This document shows positions 23,990 through 37,131 of a stretch of DNA of 64,000 nt, one piece after another. Location: contig NC_086118.1 of NCBI RefSeq assembly GCF_963921235.1, positions 28,086,001 to 28,150,000 of the forward strand, in the 5' to 3' direction. Within the stretch, counting starts at the first letter, position 1; the number at the start of each line of letters is the position of its first letter. The notes under the pieces are model-generated. The model was not told the origin of the DNA, ran no database searches, and was given only the letters and a program-made list of their open reading frames with translations. A program made the translations under genes and the position numbers. Origin of the DNA: Mobula hypostoma. Taxonomy: Eukaryota.

Positions 23990-25320
23990 AACATCGAACA
24001 CTACAGCACAGTACAGGCCATTTGGCCCATGATATTGTGTTCACTTTTCAGCCTACCCCAAGATCAGTCTAACTCTTCCCTCCCACAGAGCCCTCTAATT
24101 TTCTTTCATGCAATGGACATCTAAGAGTCTCTTTAATTTTTCTAATGTATCTGCCTCTACCACCATCACTGGCAGCGTGTTTGTTCCATACGTTTACCAC
24201 TTTGTGTGTAAATAAAACCTACCACCAACAGACAACCCCCTACAATTTCCTACAATCATTAAAATGTATGCTGTCTCATATCAGCCACTGCAGCTCTGGG
24301 AGAAAGGTGCCGGCTGTCTACTCGATCTACACCACTTATCGGCTTTTACACCTCTATCAAGTTCAAAGTTCAAAGTAAATGTATTATCAAAGTACATATA
24401 TGTCTCATGTACAACCTTGAGATCATTTTCTTGCTGGCATACACAGTAAATCCAAGAAACACAATAGAATCAATGAAAACAACAGGAATTCTGCAGATGC
24501 TGGAAATTCAAGCAACACACATCAAAGTTGCTGGTGAACGCAGCAGGCCAGGCAGCATCTCTAGGAAGAGGTGCAGTCGACGTTTCAGGCCGAGACCCTT
24601 CGTCCTGATGAAAGGTCTCGGCCTGAAACGTAGACTGCACCTCTTCCTACAGAATCAATGAGGGTGGACAACAAGGTGGACAAACAACCAACTTGCAAAG
24701 ACAAAAACTGTGCAAACGGAAATGAAATAAATAAATAAATACATAAATAAAGTTGAGAACAAGAGATGGAAAGTCTTTGAAAGTGACTCCATAGAATGTG
24801 GAACAGTTCAGTGATGGTGCAAGTGAAGCTATAAGGAAATAGAGGTACTGCTGTGTTTTCGTTGTAATTGTATTTACATGCTGGGTCAACGACAGGACAT
24901 CTGAAATGATAACACTGAGGAACTTAAAGTTGCTGACACTCATTCTCATGAATAAAGTCATCTCTCCTTCTTCTTTGCTCCAAAGTGAAAAGTCCTAGCT
25001 TGCTCAATTTTTTTCTTATGAGACCTGCACTCTAGTATAGTCAGCATCCTGGCAAGTCTCCTCTGCACCCTCTCCAAAGCTTCCATCTCCTTCCTGAGAC
25101 AAGACAACCAGACTGAACACAATACTCCAAGTGTGGTCTAACCAGAGTTTTATGGAGCTGAAACATTATCTCGTAGTTCATGAAATCAATCCCCCAAATA
25201 ATGAAGGCCAAAACACCATACAGTACACCTTATCCACCCTATCAACTTGCATGATAACTCTAAAGGATCTATGTATGTGCACCCCAAGATCCCTCTGTTC
25301 CTCAACACTGTTAAAAATCC
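23990..25320 (-). mobile_element. CR1 3' fragment interrupted by a Rex/Babar 3' piece (~24356-24960)
   Basis: CR1 terminal motifs (cagcacagtacaggcc; aactggagtattgtgttcagt-like on minus strand); Rex-type tail gttcaaagttcaaagt. Confidence 0.6.
24477..24650. mobile_element. Penelope-derived mini insertion with inverted hammerhead arms
   Basis: 11-bp TSD AGAATCAATGA at 24466-24476 and 24651-24661; inverted repeat 24562-24649. Confidence 0.85.
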
Positions 25321-25499
25321 TGCCAATGTGAAAGCTATTCCTTGATTCCAAAATCTATGTTGAGACACATCCTACAATCCATATAGGCTTAGACTCTTAG
25401 ATGTGGAAGCCCAAGGCACAATAACAAGAATTGTATCATTCAATGCTTACAATATGTTAGGGCTGTTAGGGTTGATGATTGAGGCAAAGATTCAGGAAT

Positions 25500-25955
25500 A
25501 CAATGTAGAAAGTGGACCTTCTATTCAATATTTTCATATGGTTTGATTTATTGCTATTCCAGTAACTTACTCGAAATTTTGGATTTGGTCAGAAAGTTTC
25601 TCTTTTTTCTTGCTCTTACTCTCAGTATGGGCTGCCCAGTCCCCTTTTTTTTCTTTTTCTTTTTTTTCTTATTTTGTATTTTTGTTTAGAGACAGTGGGT
25701 TTATAGACCTGTATATAAATTATAAAAGTTTCTTTATCTTTTTTCCTTTTAAGAAATGATAAGAGAATTGATTATCTTATTTTTTTATTACAGTATATAC
25801 TATTAGATCAATACTATGTATGATCTTGATAATGTTCATTTTACCTTTTATATGTATTGTTATCGATATAGATATCTGAGATAATCCTCCTCTTGTCTGC
25901 ATTTACAAATACTTTTTTTAAATTAATAAAAAGATTGATAAAGAAAGAAAGAAAG
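25500..25955 (+). mobile_element. L1-clade 3'UTR remnant
   Basis: T-rich 3'UTR ending in aataaaaagattgataaagaaagaaagaaag, resembling the L1 end at 35610-35642. Confidence 0.55.
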
Positions 25956-26194
25956 TGGGCAATTAGGTGCATAGACAATCTGGGCAGTAGTCATCTACCA
26001 TAATACTAAGATTAATGATGTAGAATGATGGGTAGGACAGCACCCGGAATTTTGTTTGAAGGTCTGGTTGGCATATGATAGAGGATAATTAGAATTGGAA
26101 TCAATTTACTATTATCACGTGTACAGTGAAAAATTTGCCTTGCACAAAATTCATACAGATCAGTACAGGGTTTCAGTACATCCCTTGGCTGTCA

Positions 26195-27336
26195 TCAGAT
26201 ACCCATGGTCCTTCCAGGCACTTGGGCTTTTACCGGGAGGACAGGAGGCCCATTTGGTCCCCTCGATGTAGTCTGGGCAGGGGAACAGGTGGTTGTAGAC
26301 TCGGAGGTGTGTACGATTTCCTTCTCCGCATAGAAGGTGTCCTCCCCGGGAAAGGGGCACACAATTTGACTTGACTTACTACAAGTACAGGTGATGCTCT
26401 GCCCTTTGTTCGAGGGATGACAGTGCCTCCTTTCACAGACGTCATATAGGCAGGCGAGGGATGTGCAGGCAAAAATGTCGGAGCATCCCCATCCTATCCC
26501 GTTGTAGCAGTTCTCATAGCCTGGGCCTCCCCGCAGGGGTTTGGGGTTGCCCTCCCACCAGAGGTCTCCCTTAAACCACTCCGTACTGTAACGGTGATCG
26601 CTACTTGTCCATGTAATGTTAGCCGGAGGAAATAGACAGCCCGCCACAGGGGCCTTGGTGGGATCATAGGTAAGTTTCACTCTCCTTTCCTTAGGCAGGG
26701 CACTGTCATGGGGGGCGCACCGGAAAGGTTGGTAGGTGCGGTCCCAGTGCGGGAAGATAGTGAATAGGGAGGAGACACTCATGGTGGGGGAGGATAACAG
26801 ACCATAGTGGTTCCAAATAATCGTCTATGTACCTTTTGAAAATAATTTTCACTGATATACCTTGGGGGATGCCTTCCAAGCGTGGAGCCTTCGGTGAAAT
26901 CACAATTTCTTTTTTTTTCCAAGGTGCCACTCTTTGAGCCCATTAAAGGTGTTGAGGTCCCTTTTAGGGCTCCTTGGGAACACCTTCCTTTATAGGACTT
27001 GTTTTCTAGTTGGTTCTCCTTTCGGTTCCTTCTGCATTCAAAATCAAACCTGCAGTTTCGGTACCGACAAGGGAGGACCCAAGAGTTCCTTCCGTCCAGG
27101 ACCAGCCAGCGGTTCGGTTGCTTAAGCCTTTGGGTACAGTAGTTCATCTTGGTAATGTTCCATTCCCCTAATTCATCATCCCCGTCACCCTCACACATCA
27201 GAACATCCTGACTGCAGAGATGATATACCCTATTTTCCCGCTCTGTATCGCAGGTATGTAATCGTCCCCTGATCCTACCCGTAGTTCCTACTATCCCTAA
27301 AAGGATACAAACAATCAAAGTTATCCTACCTTCCAT
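26195..27336 (-). pseudogene. env: ERV env SU-like region, frameshifted and truncated before TM
   Basis: Signal peptide MEGRITLIVCILLGIVGTTG at 27336, directly after pol; Cys-rich frames 26779-27387, 26706-26930 and 26195-26782. Confidence 0.65.
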
Positions 27337-27429
27337 CCCCCCGGGCACGGTTTTAGGGCTGTGGCACTCCAAAAAGATAAAGTTCAATCATACACAGGGG
27401 ACAATCTTAGTACAATTATCAGTACTCTT

Positions 27430-29399
27430 TTAGTCCTTCATAGTTACTGGTAATTCTGGGTCCCAGCGTTTGCAGTCGCTCAGATGGATCCAGCGCTCTT
27501 GTCCTTCCACCTTGACCACTGAAGGGGTCTGCAGGAGGACCTGGTGCGGTCCCTTCCACCAAGGTCCCAACTTTGGTCTTTCCCAGTCTCGGATCAGCAC
27601 CCAGTCGCCAGGTTCGGGGTTAGGCCAGTCGCCGTCGTTTGCTCCCTCCTTACAGGCTTCCACAACCTGAGTATGGAGGAACTTCAAAGAGAGAGTTAAT
27701 TGCCTACAATAGACCTGTAATTCTTGTCCCATTACTTGTAAATCCACTACAGGAAAGGGAGGTCTGTCACTGTCCCAGTGAGTCCGGCCAGGTTGTCCGT
27801 AAACTATCTCTGCTGCGGTTAGTCCTGTCCCAATCTGGGGAGTGATCCACATATGAAATAATGCCAGCGGAAGCACTTTCAACCAGTTCTGTCCGGTCTC
27901 TAGGGTTAGTTTAGTCAATTTGTCCTTTAGTATCCCATTAGCCCTTTCCACCAGTCCTGCCGCTACAGGGTGGTGGGAGCAATGGAACTGCTGGTCTATC
28001 TTTAGTAATTCATAGAGTTCCTTATTGATCTTTCCAATGAAGTGTGGCCCATTGTCTGAAGACAAGTGACAGGGAATTCCAAATCGTGGTATGATGTCCT
28101 TTACTAGTATCTTAACCACCATACTTACTTTGTTATCGGTGGTCGGAAAAGCCTCTATCCACCTGCTAAACACCTCTACTATCACCAAGCAATATTTGTA
28201 ACAGTGTACTCGAGGCAGCTCAATAAAGTCCATTTGTAACACTTCAAAAGGCCCTCCCGGAAGTGGAGTCCGGCCTCTTTCACATTTGATAGATTTGCCA
28301 GGGTTTACCTTCTGGCAGGTTAGGCATCACCTGGCTCTGTCCTTTGCTGCCTCCTGAATGTTAGGGCTCCACCAGGTTCTTAGCAATATCGCACACATTC
28401 CCTCCTTGCCCGGATGTGTATCGGTGTGCATTTTATCGACAAGAAGGGGTAACCATGCATCTGGGGCACATATTTGTCTCGCCGGTGTCTGCCAGAGACA
28501 CATTACAGAGTCTTGAACGCAATTGTGGCCACACCACAGGTCAATTTCAGCCTCGGGGGCAAAATGGTGGATATGTCAGGACCATTAGGGGGCCTGCGTG
28601 ATAGCAATGCACGCTGTTCTGTGCTCACTTCCCAGGGACCAAATAGAGACGCCTCTTTTGCTGCTGTGTCGGCGCGGGAGTTACCCTGGGTCACCGAGGA
28701 GGCGTCTGTTAAATGGGCAGCGCATTTGATAATTGCCAATTTGGAGGGCAACAGTATGGCTTTAGGTAAGTTGGAAATATAATCAGAATTGGCAATAGGT
28801 TTGCCCATCGAGGTCTGGAATCTGCGCTGTGCCCAGAGGGACCCAAAGTCATGGGCGTCGCCAAAGGCATAGCGGGAGTCCATATATATATTTGCGCTGA
28901 CTCCTGAGGCTAAAATGCAAGCCCTAGTAAGGGCAAACAATTCCGCCTTCTGGGCCGAAACGGGAGGTTTAAGGGCCGCTGCTTCTAAGGTCTGGGAGGG
29001 GGATGTTGCAGCGTAGCCAGCCACCCGGTCGCCTGCAGGGGAGATCAAAGAGGATCCGTCCACGAAAAGAGTAAGGTCAGGGTTGGGTAGTGCATGGTCA
29101 GAAAGGTCAGGTCGGGGGGAGGTAAGAAAGTAGTTATGTTCTATGCAAGAGTGAGGGGGGTTGGTTAGGGGTGTCAGTGGCTCCTGTAAAAAGGACGCTG
29201 GATTGATAGCAGAGCAATATTCAAAAGTATGGAGCGGGTTCTGAAGGAGGGCAATCTGGTATCGATTAAGGCGGGCCTGGGTAAGATATTGGGTACTGTG
29301 TGTAGTGAGCAGCGCCGTAATCACGTGGGAGGTATAAACTGTTACTGGCTGCTGAAGGGTGATATTAGCAGCTGCCGTGACCATGCTGTAGACAGTCAT
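27430..29399 (-). pseudogene. pol: ERV pol: RNase H and integrase
   Basis: LFVDGSS...SAQKAELFALTRAC...DSRYAFG.AHDFG (RNase H); QMDFIELP...FSRWIEAFP...SDNGPHF...GLVERANG (integrase DDE). Confidence 0.92.
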
Positions 29400-29890
29400 T
29401 CCCTATCATGCCCACTGTGGAGCTTGAACACACACGAGCTCACTACCAGCGCGTCATCCGTGTCAGAGCGGGAAGGAGATCAACTCCTCGAGTTTGCAAA
29501 TGACGGCGTGCTGAAAAATATGTTTGACTTAATATCTCTGTCGGCATTCCAGATCAAAGTCAAGGCTGACTATCCTGAGATAGCTACGGAAGCACTGAAA
29601 ATGTTGCTTCCATTTCCAACATATCTCTGCGGTGAATGCAATGAAAACTAAATTGTGGAATAGACTGGACATAAGGAACCCCCTTCGAGTATCACTGTCT
29701 CCCATCACCCCTCGATAGGACCGTCTTGTTGCAGGGAAACAAGTATTCAGCCCAGGGCTCCCACTGATTCAGCGATATTGGTGCGTTGCAATGATTTTAT
29801 ATGTTCATACGAGGAACATATGCGCTGTGTGTTTAATATCCAAACGTTACTTAAAATGTTATGATGCTATTATAAGTGACTTATATAACC
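29400..29890 (+). mobile_element. hAT (Charlie/Buster-like) C-terminal fragment inside the ERV deletion
   Basis: YPEIATEALKMLLPFPTYLC motif followed by KTKL.NRLD; a CR1-type tail follows at ~29890-30030. Confidence 0.75.
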
Positions 29891-30203
29891 ATATAACAAT
29901 TACGGCATGGAAACAGGCCATCTCTGCCCTTCTAGTCCGTGCCGAACGCTACTCTCACCTTGTCCCACCAACCTGCACTCAGCCCATAACCCTCCATTCC
30001 TTTCCTGCCCATATACCTATCCAATTTTTCTGTGGTCCGTGGAGTCCGCTGAGCAGCTCAACAGGAACCCTGAGGAGAACAAGCAATCCAAGGAGACCGT
30101 GAGAGGACCGGGGGAAAGTCACCCCGTGGGCCCGTCCGCCTCAGCGGCGTCCAGTGGATCGCTAGTTCACTAACACCAGGGTCGCTGGAGGCTCCCGTTG
30201 GGA

Positions 30204-30221
30204 CTCCTGGCTGGCTCGCCA
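30204..30221 (-). promoter_or_regulatory. Retroviral primer binding site, tRNA-Arg(ACG)
   Basis: Minus strand TGGCGAGCCAGCCAGGAG, complementary to the vertebrate tRNA-Arg-ACG 3' end (CTCCTGGCTGGCTCGCCA), 3 nt from the LTR end. Confidence 0.88.
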
Positions 30222-30224
30222 AAC

Positions 30225-30654
30225 TGTCCATACCGATCCGTTATTCAGTCAGAAAAAACACTCAGAGGCCACGTTTTCGCTCGGTCAGTTCTTTATTTAA
30301 TTTGATCCGAGGAGAGGTAACCACCATATGCATCTACAGCGTCCGGCAATCAACTCTGCCTAGCACGAGTACAGGGTTACATTTATATCCAGAAAATAAT
30401 GGTTTCAGTTAGCACCTGTTTCCCCCGTCCACGCTTGTGGTCAGCAATTTCATCATGGTCACAATAGCTTCACGTGCAGAGGTACGGGTCAGTAAGCACC
30501 TCTGTTCTAAGAAATGAGCATGCAGTTGCAACATCCTAACCCTGCCCGGCTCTGTTGTCTAGTTCCCACCCCTGCTATATTTTCCAGGTCACATACACCA
30601 TTTAACCCTTCCTATCCCATACTCTAACCCCCTTTTCACTTACACAGTCTTACA
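30225..30654 (-). repeat. ERV 5' LTR (~430 bp)
   Basis: Minus strand TGTAAG...GGACA; AATAAA at ~30293-30298; TATAAA at ~30382-30387; adjacent PBS. Confidence 0.75.
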
Positions 30655-30849
30655 ATGTAAATCAGTAACAGCGTGCATAATAAATTGTTACAGAGAAAGT
30701 GCAGTGCTGGTAGACTACAAGATGCAAAGTCATAATGAGGCCGACTGTGAGGTCAAGAGTTCATCTTATCATACTAGGGAAACACTCAATTGTCTTATAA
30801 CAGCAGAACAGAATTTGTCCTTGAGCCTGGTAGTAAGTGCTTGATGGAA

Positions 30850-32080
30850 GGGGGAGTAGAAAGATTCTCCCTAGTGGCCAAAGCCATCAACACTATTCAG
30901 ACATCAACCCTTTCATCCCCAGGAACATTCTCACGAACCTCCCCTGAACCCTCTCCAATACCAGCGTATCCTTTCTTAGAAAAGAGACACAAAACTGTTC
31001 ACAATGCTCCCAAATGCAGTCTGACCAATGCCTTCAAAAGTTTCAGCATTATAGTTTTGCTTTTATTCTCATCCTTTCAAAATTTAATTTGCCTTCCTTA
31101 CCACCAACTTGAACAACAAGTTAACCTTTAGGGAATCCTGCTCAAGGACTCCCAAGTCCCTTTGCACCTGAGCGTTCTGAATTTTTTCTGTTTAGAAAAT
31201 AGTCTACAGCTTTATTCCTTCTACTAAAATGCATGAAAACACCATTCCCTACACTGTACTCCATTTGCCACTTCTTCACCCATTCTCCTAACCTGCACAA
31301 ATTCTTCTGCAAACTCATTACCTCCTCAACATATCCTTCCCCTCCACCTACCTTTGTCTCATCACTTGGCCACAAAGCATTCAATTCCATCATCTACAAC
31401 ATTGACATATATTGTGACAAAAAGCAGTCCCAAAACCAAATATTGCAGAACACCACTAATCAATGGCAGCCAAACAGAAAAGGCCTCTTTTCCTCCCCCC
31501 CCCGACCTTTTGCCTCCTGGCAGGGAGCCAATCTTCTTCACACTGTACTTCAATCAATAAATAAACGGACAAACAAACAAACAAACACATTAAGCTTTCC
31601 CACTTAAATGTCAGTCACCTGGTCAGGCTAGCTTCCCAATATATGGCACCTCCTGTAATTAAACTATCCACATAATGTTTCAAGAAATCGTCTCAGATGC
31701 AACTTATTATTTCTCCTCTGTTTAAACATTTTTCCACTGAGGAAGTTCAAGTCAATACTGAGGAAGTTAAAATCACCCTCTACAACAACCCTGTTGTTTT
31801 TAGGTATTTCCATAATCTGCCTACATACCTGTTCCTCTACCTTCTGTTGGCTATTAAGCAAATTATTTCTCACTAGTCTCCAATACATGTCACTTCCCCT
31901 TTACACTGAACCTGCAGTTTTAACATCTCTGCTAAATCCCCTTGTTTTATAACCTTATAATCTCTTTCAAATTCATTTTGTATCCCAATACTACCTTTTC
32001 TAGCTCTCTCAATCAACTGTATTTCTCCTTTACCGTGTATTTGACTTCTTATGTAGCCTTCTCTTACTTTATTTGTTGAC
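30850..32080 (-). mobile_element. Old CR1 fragments
   Basis: ORF 31142-31393 (LQKNLCRLGEWVKKWQMEY) and a degraded endonuclease (GDFNF) frame at 31664-31888. Confidence 0.65.
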
Positions 32081-32089
32081 ATTTATCAT

Positions 32090-35000
32090 TGATAAGGGCA
32101 AGCCACTGTTTTGCTTGGAGTGAGAGAGGACAAGAAGTGACCTCATAGAGGTGTATAAGATGATGAGAGGCATTGATCATGCGGATAGTCAGAGGCTTTT
32201 TCCCCAGGGCTGAAATGGCTAGCATGAGAGGGCACAGTTTTAAGGTGCTTGGAAGTAGGTACAGAGGTGATGTCAGGGCTAAGTTTTTTACACAGAGAGT
32301 GGTAAGTGCGTGGAATGGGCAGCCAGTAATGGTGGTGGAGGTGGATATGATAGGTTCTTTTAAGAGACTCCTGTAAAGCCTATATTCGTGGTCAGATTAT
32401 TTCGTATTCTGCTGCTTTGAGGAAGAAACAGAAGCAGGAGGAGATGGCAATTGTGGACAAGATTAAAGAAATTGATAAGAAATATGTTATGGCTCCTTCT
32501 GAGGAGTTATACAAACAAAGAACTGAACTTCAAATGGAACACAGTTTATTAATATCGTCCTCGATTGTAAACCAATTAAAGAAAACAAGAAGTGAATTTT
32601 ATGTTCACAGTGACAAAATTGGCAAGCTGCTGGCTAATCAATTGAAATCTAATTATGTTAAATCTCAAATCAATCAGATTTATGACCAAAATGATCGATT
32701 GATACTGGATCATGTGGGGATTAATCAAACCTTTTGTGATTTTTATTCTTCTTTATATCAATCAGAGTCTCCTCGAGATTCTAAATATATGAATGATTTT
32801 TTAGATAAGTTAGACTTCCCTAAGATTTCACAGGATATGTCTTCTATATTAGATACTTCCATTACTATGGATGAGATTAAGAATGTTATTTTTTCTATGA
32901 ATCCGGGGAAAGCTCCTGGCCCGGATGGGTTTACCGTTGAATTTTATAAATGTTTTGCTTCTTTATTGATCCCTTGGCTCTGTAGGGTCTTTGAGGCTTC
33001 TCTGAAACTTGGTAAACTTCCTGAATCTTTTAATAGAGCGTCAATTTCTTTAATACTAAAGAAGGATAAAGACCCTGCTCAATGTGCATCTTATAGACCA
33101 ATATCTTTATTAAATGTTGATTCTAAAGTTTTTTCTAAGTTATTAGCAAATAGACTAGAAAAAGTACTTCCTTCTATTATTTCGGAAGACCAAACGGGTT
33201 TTATTAAAGGTCGTTACTCTTTTTATAATATTCGTACATTGTTAAATATTGTTTATACTCCCTCACAAAATGTTCCTGAGTGTGTTATTTCTTTAGACAC
33301 CGAGAAAGCTTTTGATAGAGTAGAATGGCCCTATTTATTTAAGGTGCTTGAAATGTTTAATTTTAGCTTGAAATTTATATCCTGGATTAAACTGTTATAT
33401 CATTCCCCTGTAGCCTCGGTCCGTACTAACTCTTTAAACTCACCTTTTTTTCCTCTCTTTTGAGGTACTCGACAAGGCTGTCCTCTTAGTCCCCTATTAT
33501 TTGATATTGCATTAGAACCTCTTGCAATTGCTATTCGAGAATCTTCAAATATTACTGGGATAACTCGGGGATTAAAGTCCCATAAATTATCACTCTATGC
33601 TGATGATTTACTGTTATATATTTCTAATCCTGAGAAATCCATTCCTGCTGTTTTAGAGTTATTAGCACAATTTGGTTTTTTTTCAGGTTATAAATTAAAT
33701 CTTAGTAAGAGTGAACTCTTTCCGATTAATAAACATCTTCCCTTATATTATAAATTTCCATTTAAATTGATTGATAATTATTTTTCTTATCTTGGGATTA
33801 AAATTACTTGTAAATATAAAGATTTATTTAAGATTAACTTTTTACCATTAATAGACCATATTACTCAACTTTCATCTAAATGGTTTCCCTTATATTTAAC
33901 TTTGATTGGTCGTATTAATGCAGTTAAGATGTTTTTTTTGCCAAAATTTTTATATGTGTTTCAGGCATTACCAATTTTTGTTCCAAAATCTTTCTTTGAT
34001 AAAGTTGACTCTAAAATTTCTTCATTTATTTGGCAGAATAAGAATCCGAGACTGGGTAACATACATTTACAGAAAGCTAAGAGAGATGGAGGTTTAGCAT
34101 TACCTAACTTTAGATTCTATTATTGGGCTATTAATATTCGACATATGAAATTTTGGTTACTTGATCAGGATATACTATCTATTCCTAAATGGGTAGCATT
34201 GGAACTACAATCTGTTCAGGGTTATACACTTGGCTCTATTTTAGGCTCCCTCTCCCTTTTGATTCGAAACGCCTTAAGCAGGTCTCTAACCCGATAGTTA
34301 AATATGCTTTGCACATTTGGTTTCAATTCAGAAAATTTTTTGATCTTAATCAATTCGGGTTAGCGATTCCTATTTTAGGTAACATATTTTTTCCTCCCTC
34401 CTTTACGGATCGCGCTTTTCAAACCTGGAAGACTAAGGGTATTTTACGGTTTTTGGATTTATTTTTAGATGGTTCCCTTACGTCTTTTGAACAATTATCT
34501 AATAAATATAATTTATCAAGAATACATTTTTTTAGATACTTACAAGTTAGAAATTTCCTAAGTACTATACTTTCTTCCTTTCCAATGCTTCCTCCTACAT
34601 ATATTTTAGATTCGATAATTAACCTCAATCCATGTCAGAAAGGTGCATCGGCTATGATTTATAATATTATTATGAAACTTAGGAAAGCTCCATTTGATAA
34701 GATTAGGGTAGATTGGGAACAGGAATTGGGGCTCACCATTTCTGTGGATGATTGGGGGCAGATTTTACAATTAGTTAATACTTCCTCTATTTGTGCTAAA
34801 CATTCCCTAATTCAATTTAAAGTGGTTCATAGAGCACATATGTCCAAAGATAAGTTAGCGCGTTTTTACTCGCATATTAATCCTTTTTGTGATAGATGTT
34901 CGGGGCAGATAGCCTCTTTAACTCATATGTTTTGGTCTTGTCCTACTTTGGAAACTTTTTGGAGAGATATTTTTAATATTATTTCTAAGGTATTAAATAT

Positions 35001-35790
35001 AGATATCTCTCCTCACCCTATTACTGCTATCTTTGGACTTCCTAAAATTTCTAGTAATCTTTCCCCTTCAGCCCGTAGAATGATCGCATTTCTTACTTTA
35101 ATGGCGAAAAGGTGTATTTTACAACATTGGAAAGAGCTTAATGCTCCTACTACCTTTTTTTGGTTCTCTCAGACGATTTTATGTTTGAATCTGGAGAAAA
35201 TTAGAAGCAACCTTTATGATTCTTCATTTAAATTTGAACAGATTTGGGGACCTTTTATTCGATACTTTCATTTAATGTAATACATACCCTTCTTGTTTTT
35301 TTTCACTGTTTTTAAAGGAGGTCAGGATTGAGGACGTGATTTTAAGTTTAACTCTGTTTGGTTTCAAGTTAGCCCATTGCTTTGCTTTGCTTTTAGTTAG
35401 TTGCACGGTGGGTTTTTTTGGGGGGGTTTTTTTTTCTTTTTTTTCCATTGATATATATATAAAATTTAGTATACTATTATGTTATCTTGGTTTTTTATGT
35501 TTAAATTACATTGTTTGTAGTTTTTTTTTGGTATTGATACCTTCTGGAATTCTATTATATTTTAACATTGTATTAATGTTTATATGGTTTACCTTTTTGT
35601 ATACTTATTCAATAAAAAGATTTAAAAAGAAAGAAAGAAAGAAAGAGACTCCTGGATAGGTACATGGAGCTTAGCAAAATAGAGGGCTATGGGTAACCCT
35701 AGGTAATTTCTAAAGTAAGTGCATGTTCGGTACAGCCTTGTGGGCCGAAGGGCCTGTATTGTGCTGTAGGTTTTCTGTGTTTTTCTATGT
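32090..35790 (+). mobile_element. CR1 3' fragment (host of the L1 insertion)
   Basis: FFPRAEMA..RGHSFKV...FFTQRVVSAWN before 32374; resumes ataggtacatggagc after 35654. Confidence 0.8.
32374..35642 (+). mobile_element. 5'-truncated L1-clade LINE (ORF2 RT to 3' end)
   Basis: 12-bp TSD AAGAGACTCCTG (32362-32373, 35643-35654) at a TT/AAGA site; KAPGPDGF, YRPISLLN, QGCPLSP, YADD; one stop (33461-33463) and one frameshift near 34250; polyA signal and GAAA tail. Confidence 0.93.
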
Positions 35791-36208
35791 TAACCATGGG
35801 AGTATCCAATATTATACTGGTGGATTTAGGGAGGGATAGGCTTCTATGGAAGTCTGGGCACAGAAACATTCATTCAATAGGTCTCAATAGGTACATTTAA
35901 TGTCAGAGATATGTATACAATATACATCCTGAAATTCTTTTTTACGCAAACATCCACAAAAACAGAAGAGTGCCCCGAAGAATGAATGAAGAAGAAATGC
36001 ATTTCATGTCTGCACTTCTCTTGACCTGTCCCCATCGTCCATCCCATACATTGTTGAGGAGTAGCAAGTGAGAATGCAGGGGTACATACATGGTGCAGTT
36101 GACTTTGTCTTGATGAAGGTGTTTGAATTTTCAAAGCTAGACATCAATTGGGATGTGTACACATAGAACTATACTGAACTATCTGTTCACACCCAATATA
36201 GTGACATA

Positions 36209-36650
36209 CACTTAATGACCCCTTTATTTGGTACACCCGCTCATTAATGTAAATATTTTATCAGCCAGTCGTGTGACTGCAATGCAATGCAAAGTTCCTG
36301 TTCAGACCGAACGTTAAAATGATCTAAGTGCCTTTGAGCATGGAATGATGGCTGGTGCTGGATGGAGTGACTTTGAGTATCTCAGAAACCACTAGTCCCC
36401 TGGGAGCAGCAGTTTTGTGGGTGAAAATGCTTTGTTAATGAGAGGTCGGAGGAGAATGGCCAAACTGTTTCAAGCTGACAGGAAGGCAACAGTAACTCCA
36501 ATAATGTGTTACAGCAGTGGTTTGCACATCTACTGATCACACAACACATCAAACCTTGAAGCTGATGGGCTAGAGCAGCAAAAGGCCACTAACATAGTAG
36601 TCACTATATTATGCACAGGAGGTTCCTTATAAAGTGGCAACGGTGAGTTA
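36209..36650. mobile_element. Non-autonomous Tc1-type element
   Basis: Degenerate TIRs cacttaatgacccctttatttggtacacc and ggaggttccttataaagtggcaacggtgag; preceded by TA. Confidence 0.6.
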
Positions 36651-37102
36651 ATCTTGTATGTTGATTGTTGATATTGATCAACTGCTCTCGTTGTAGTAAC
36701 TTAAAACAAAATTAAAAGCTATTTTTTTTGGTTCTTGAGAGATTCTCCCACCAGCCCCCTCCCTGTATGTTTGCTAGAAGCGAACATAAAGCCTGCAAAG
36801 CCTACAGCTTCGTTTGTTTGTGGCTCACTTAATAACAAAACAGGTTTCCTTGCCAGTGCAATCCAAACCAACGCTCAGAATGTGGAAATGATTATTTTAT
36901 GCTCGTTATGAATGTAAATATTTGCGATGTCAGTCCACAATATTAATTGACGTTCACGAAGAAAACTAAAATAAAAATTGGAAGATGGTCTTTAGACAAT
37001 GTCCCTGGAATAAATGCACGAGCAGTGCAATAAGGAGAAAGTCCGGCTGGGGACAGTATATTTCTTACAAGAAAGGGTAGGGTTTTCTAAAATTACAGTC
37101 CC

Positions 37103-37131
37103 GGGTAATTCCCGCTTTAGTTTCGGTTTTC
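37103..37131 (+). promoter_or_regulatory. NF-kB-like site followed by an IRF-E/ISRE
   Basis: GGGTAATTCCC (37103-37113) and AGTTTCGGTTTTC (37119-37131; reverse GAAAACCGAAACT fits the IRF-E consensus); within a CpG-rich tract ~36960-37640; second IRF-like GAAAATTGAAAGT at 37333-37345. Confidence 0.6.

Larger units (their letters stand above)
26165..30654 (-). mobile_element. Class I (gamma/epsilon-like) endogenous retrovirus, deleted: 5'LTR, PBS, leader, RNaseH-IN and partial env
   Basis: LTR, PBS, pol and env evidence listed separately; gag/pro/RT absent; no 3'LTR; flanks on both sides look like one interrupted Rex/Babar tail. Confidence 0.9.

Noticed and set aside
25400-25520. Candidate cytoplasmic exon of the dead paralog after an AG at ~25420
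   Set aside because: The acceptor is weak, there is no matching donor or homology, and it runs into an L1 remnant.
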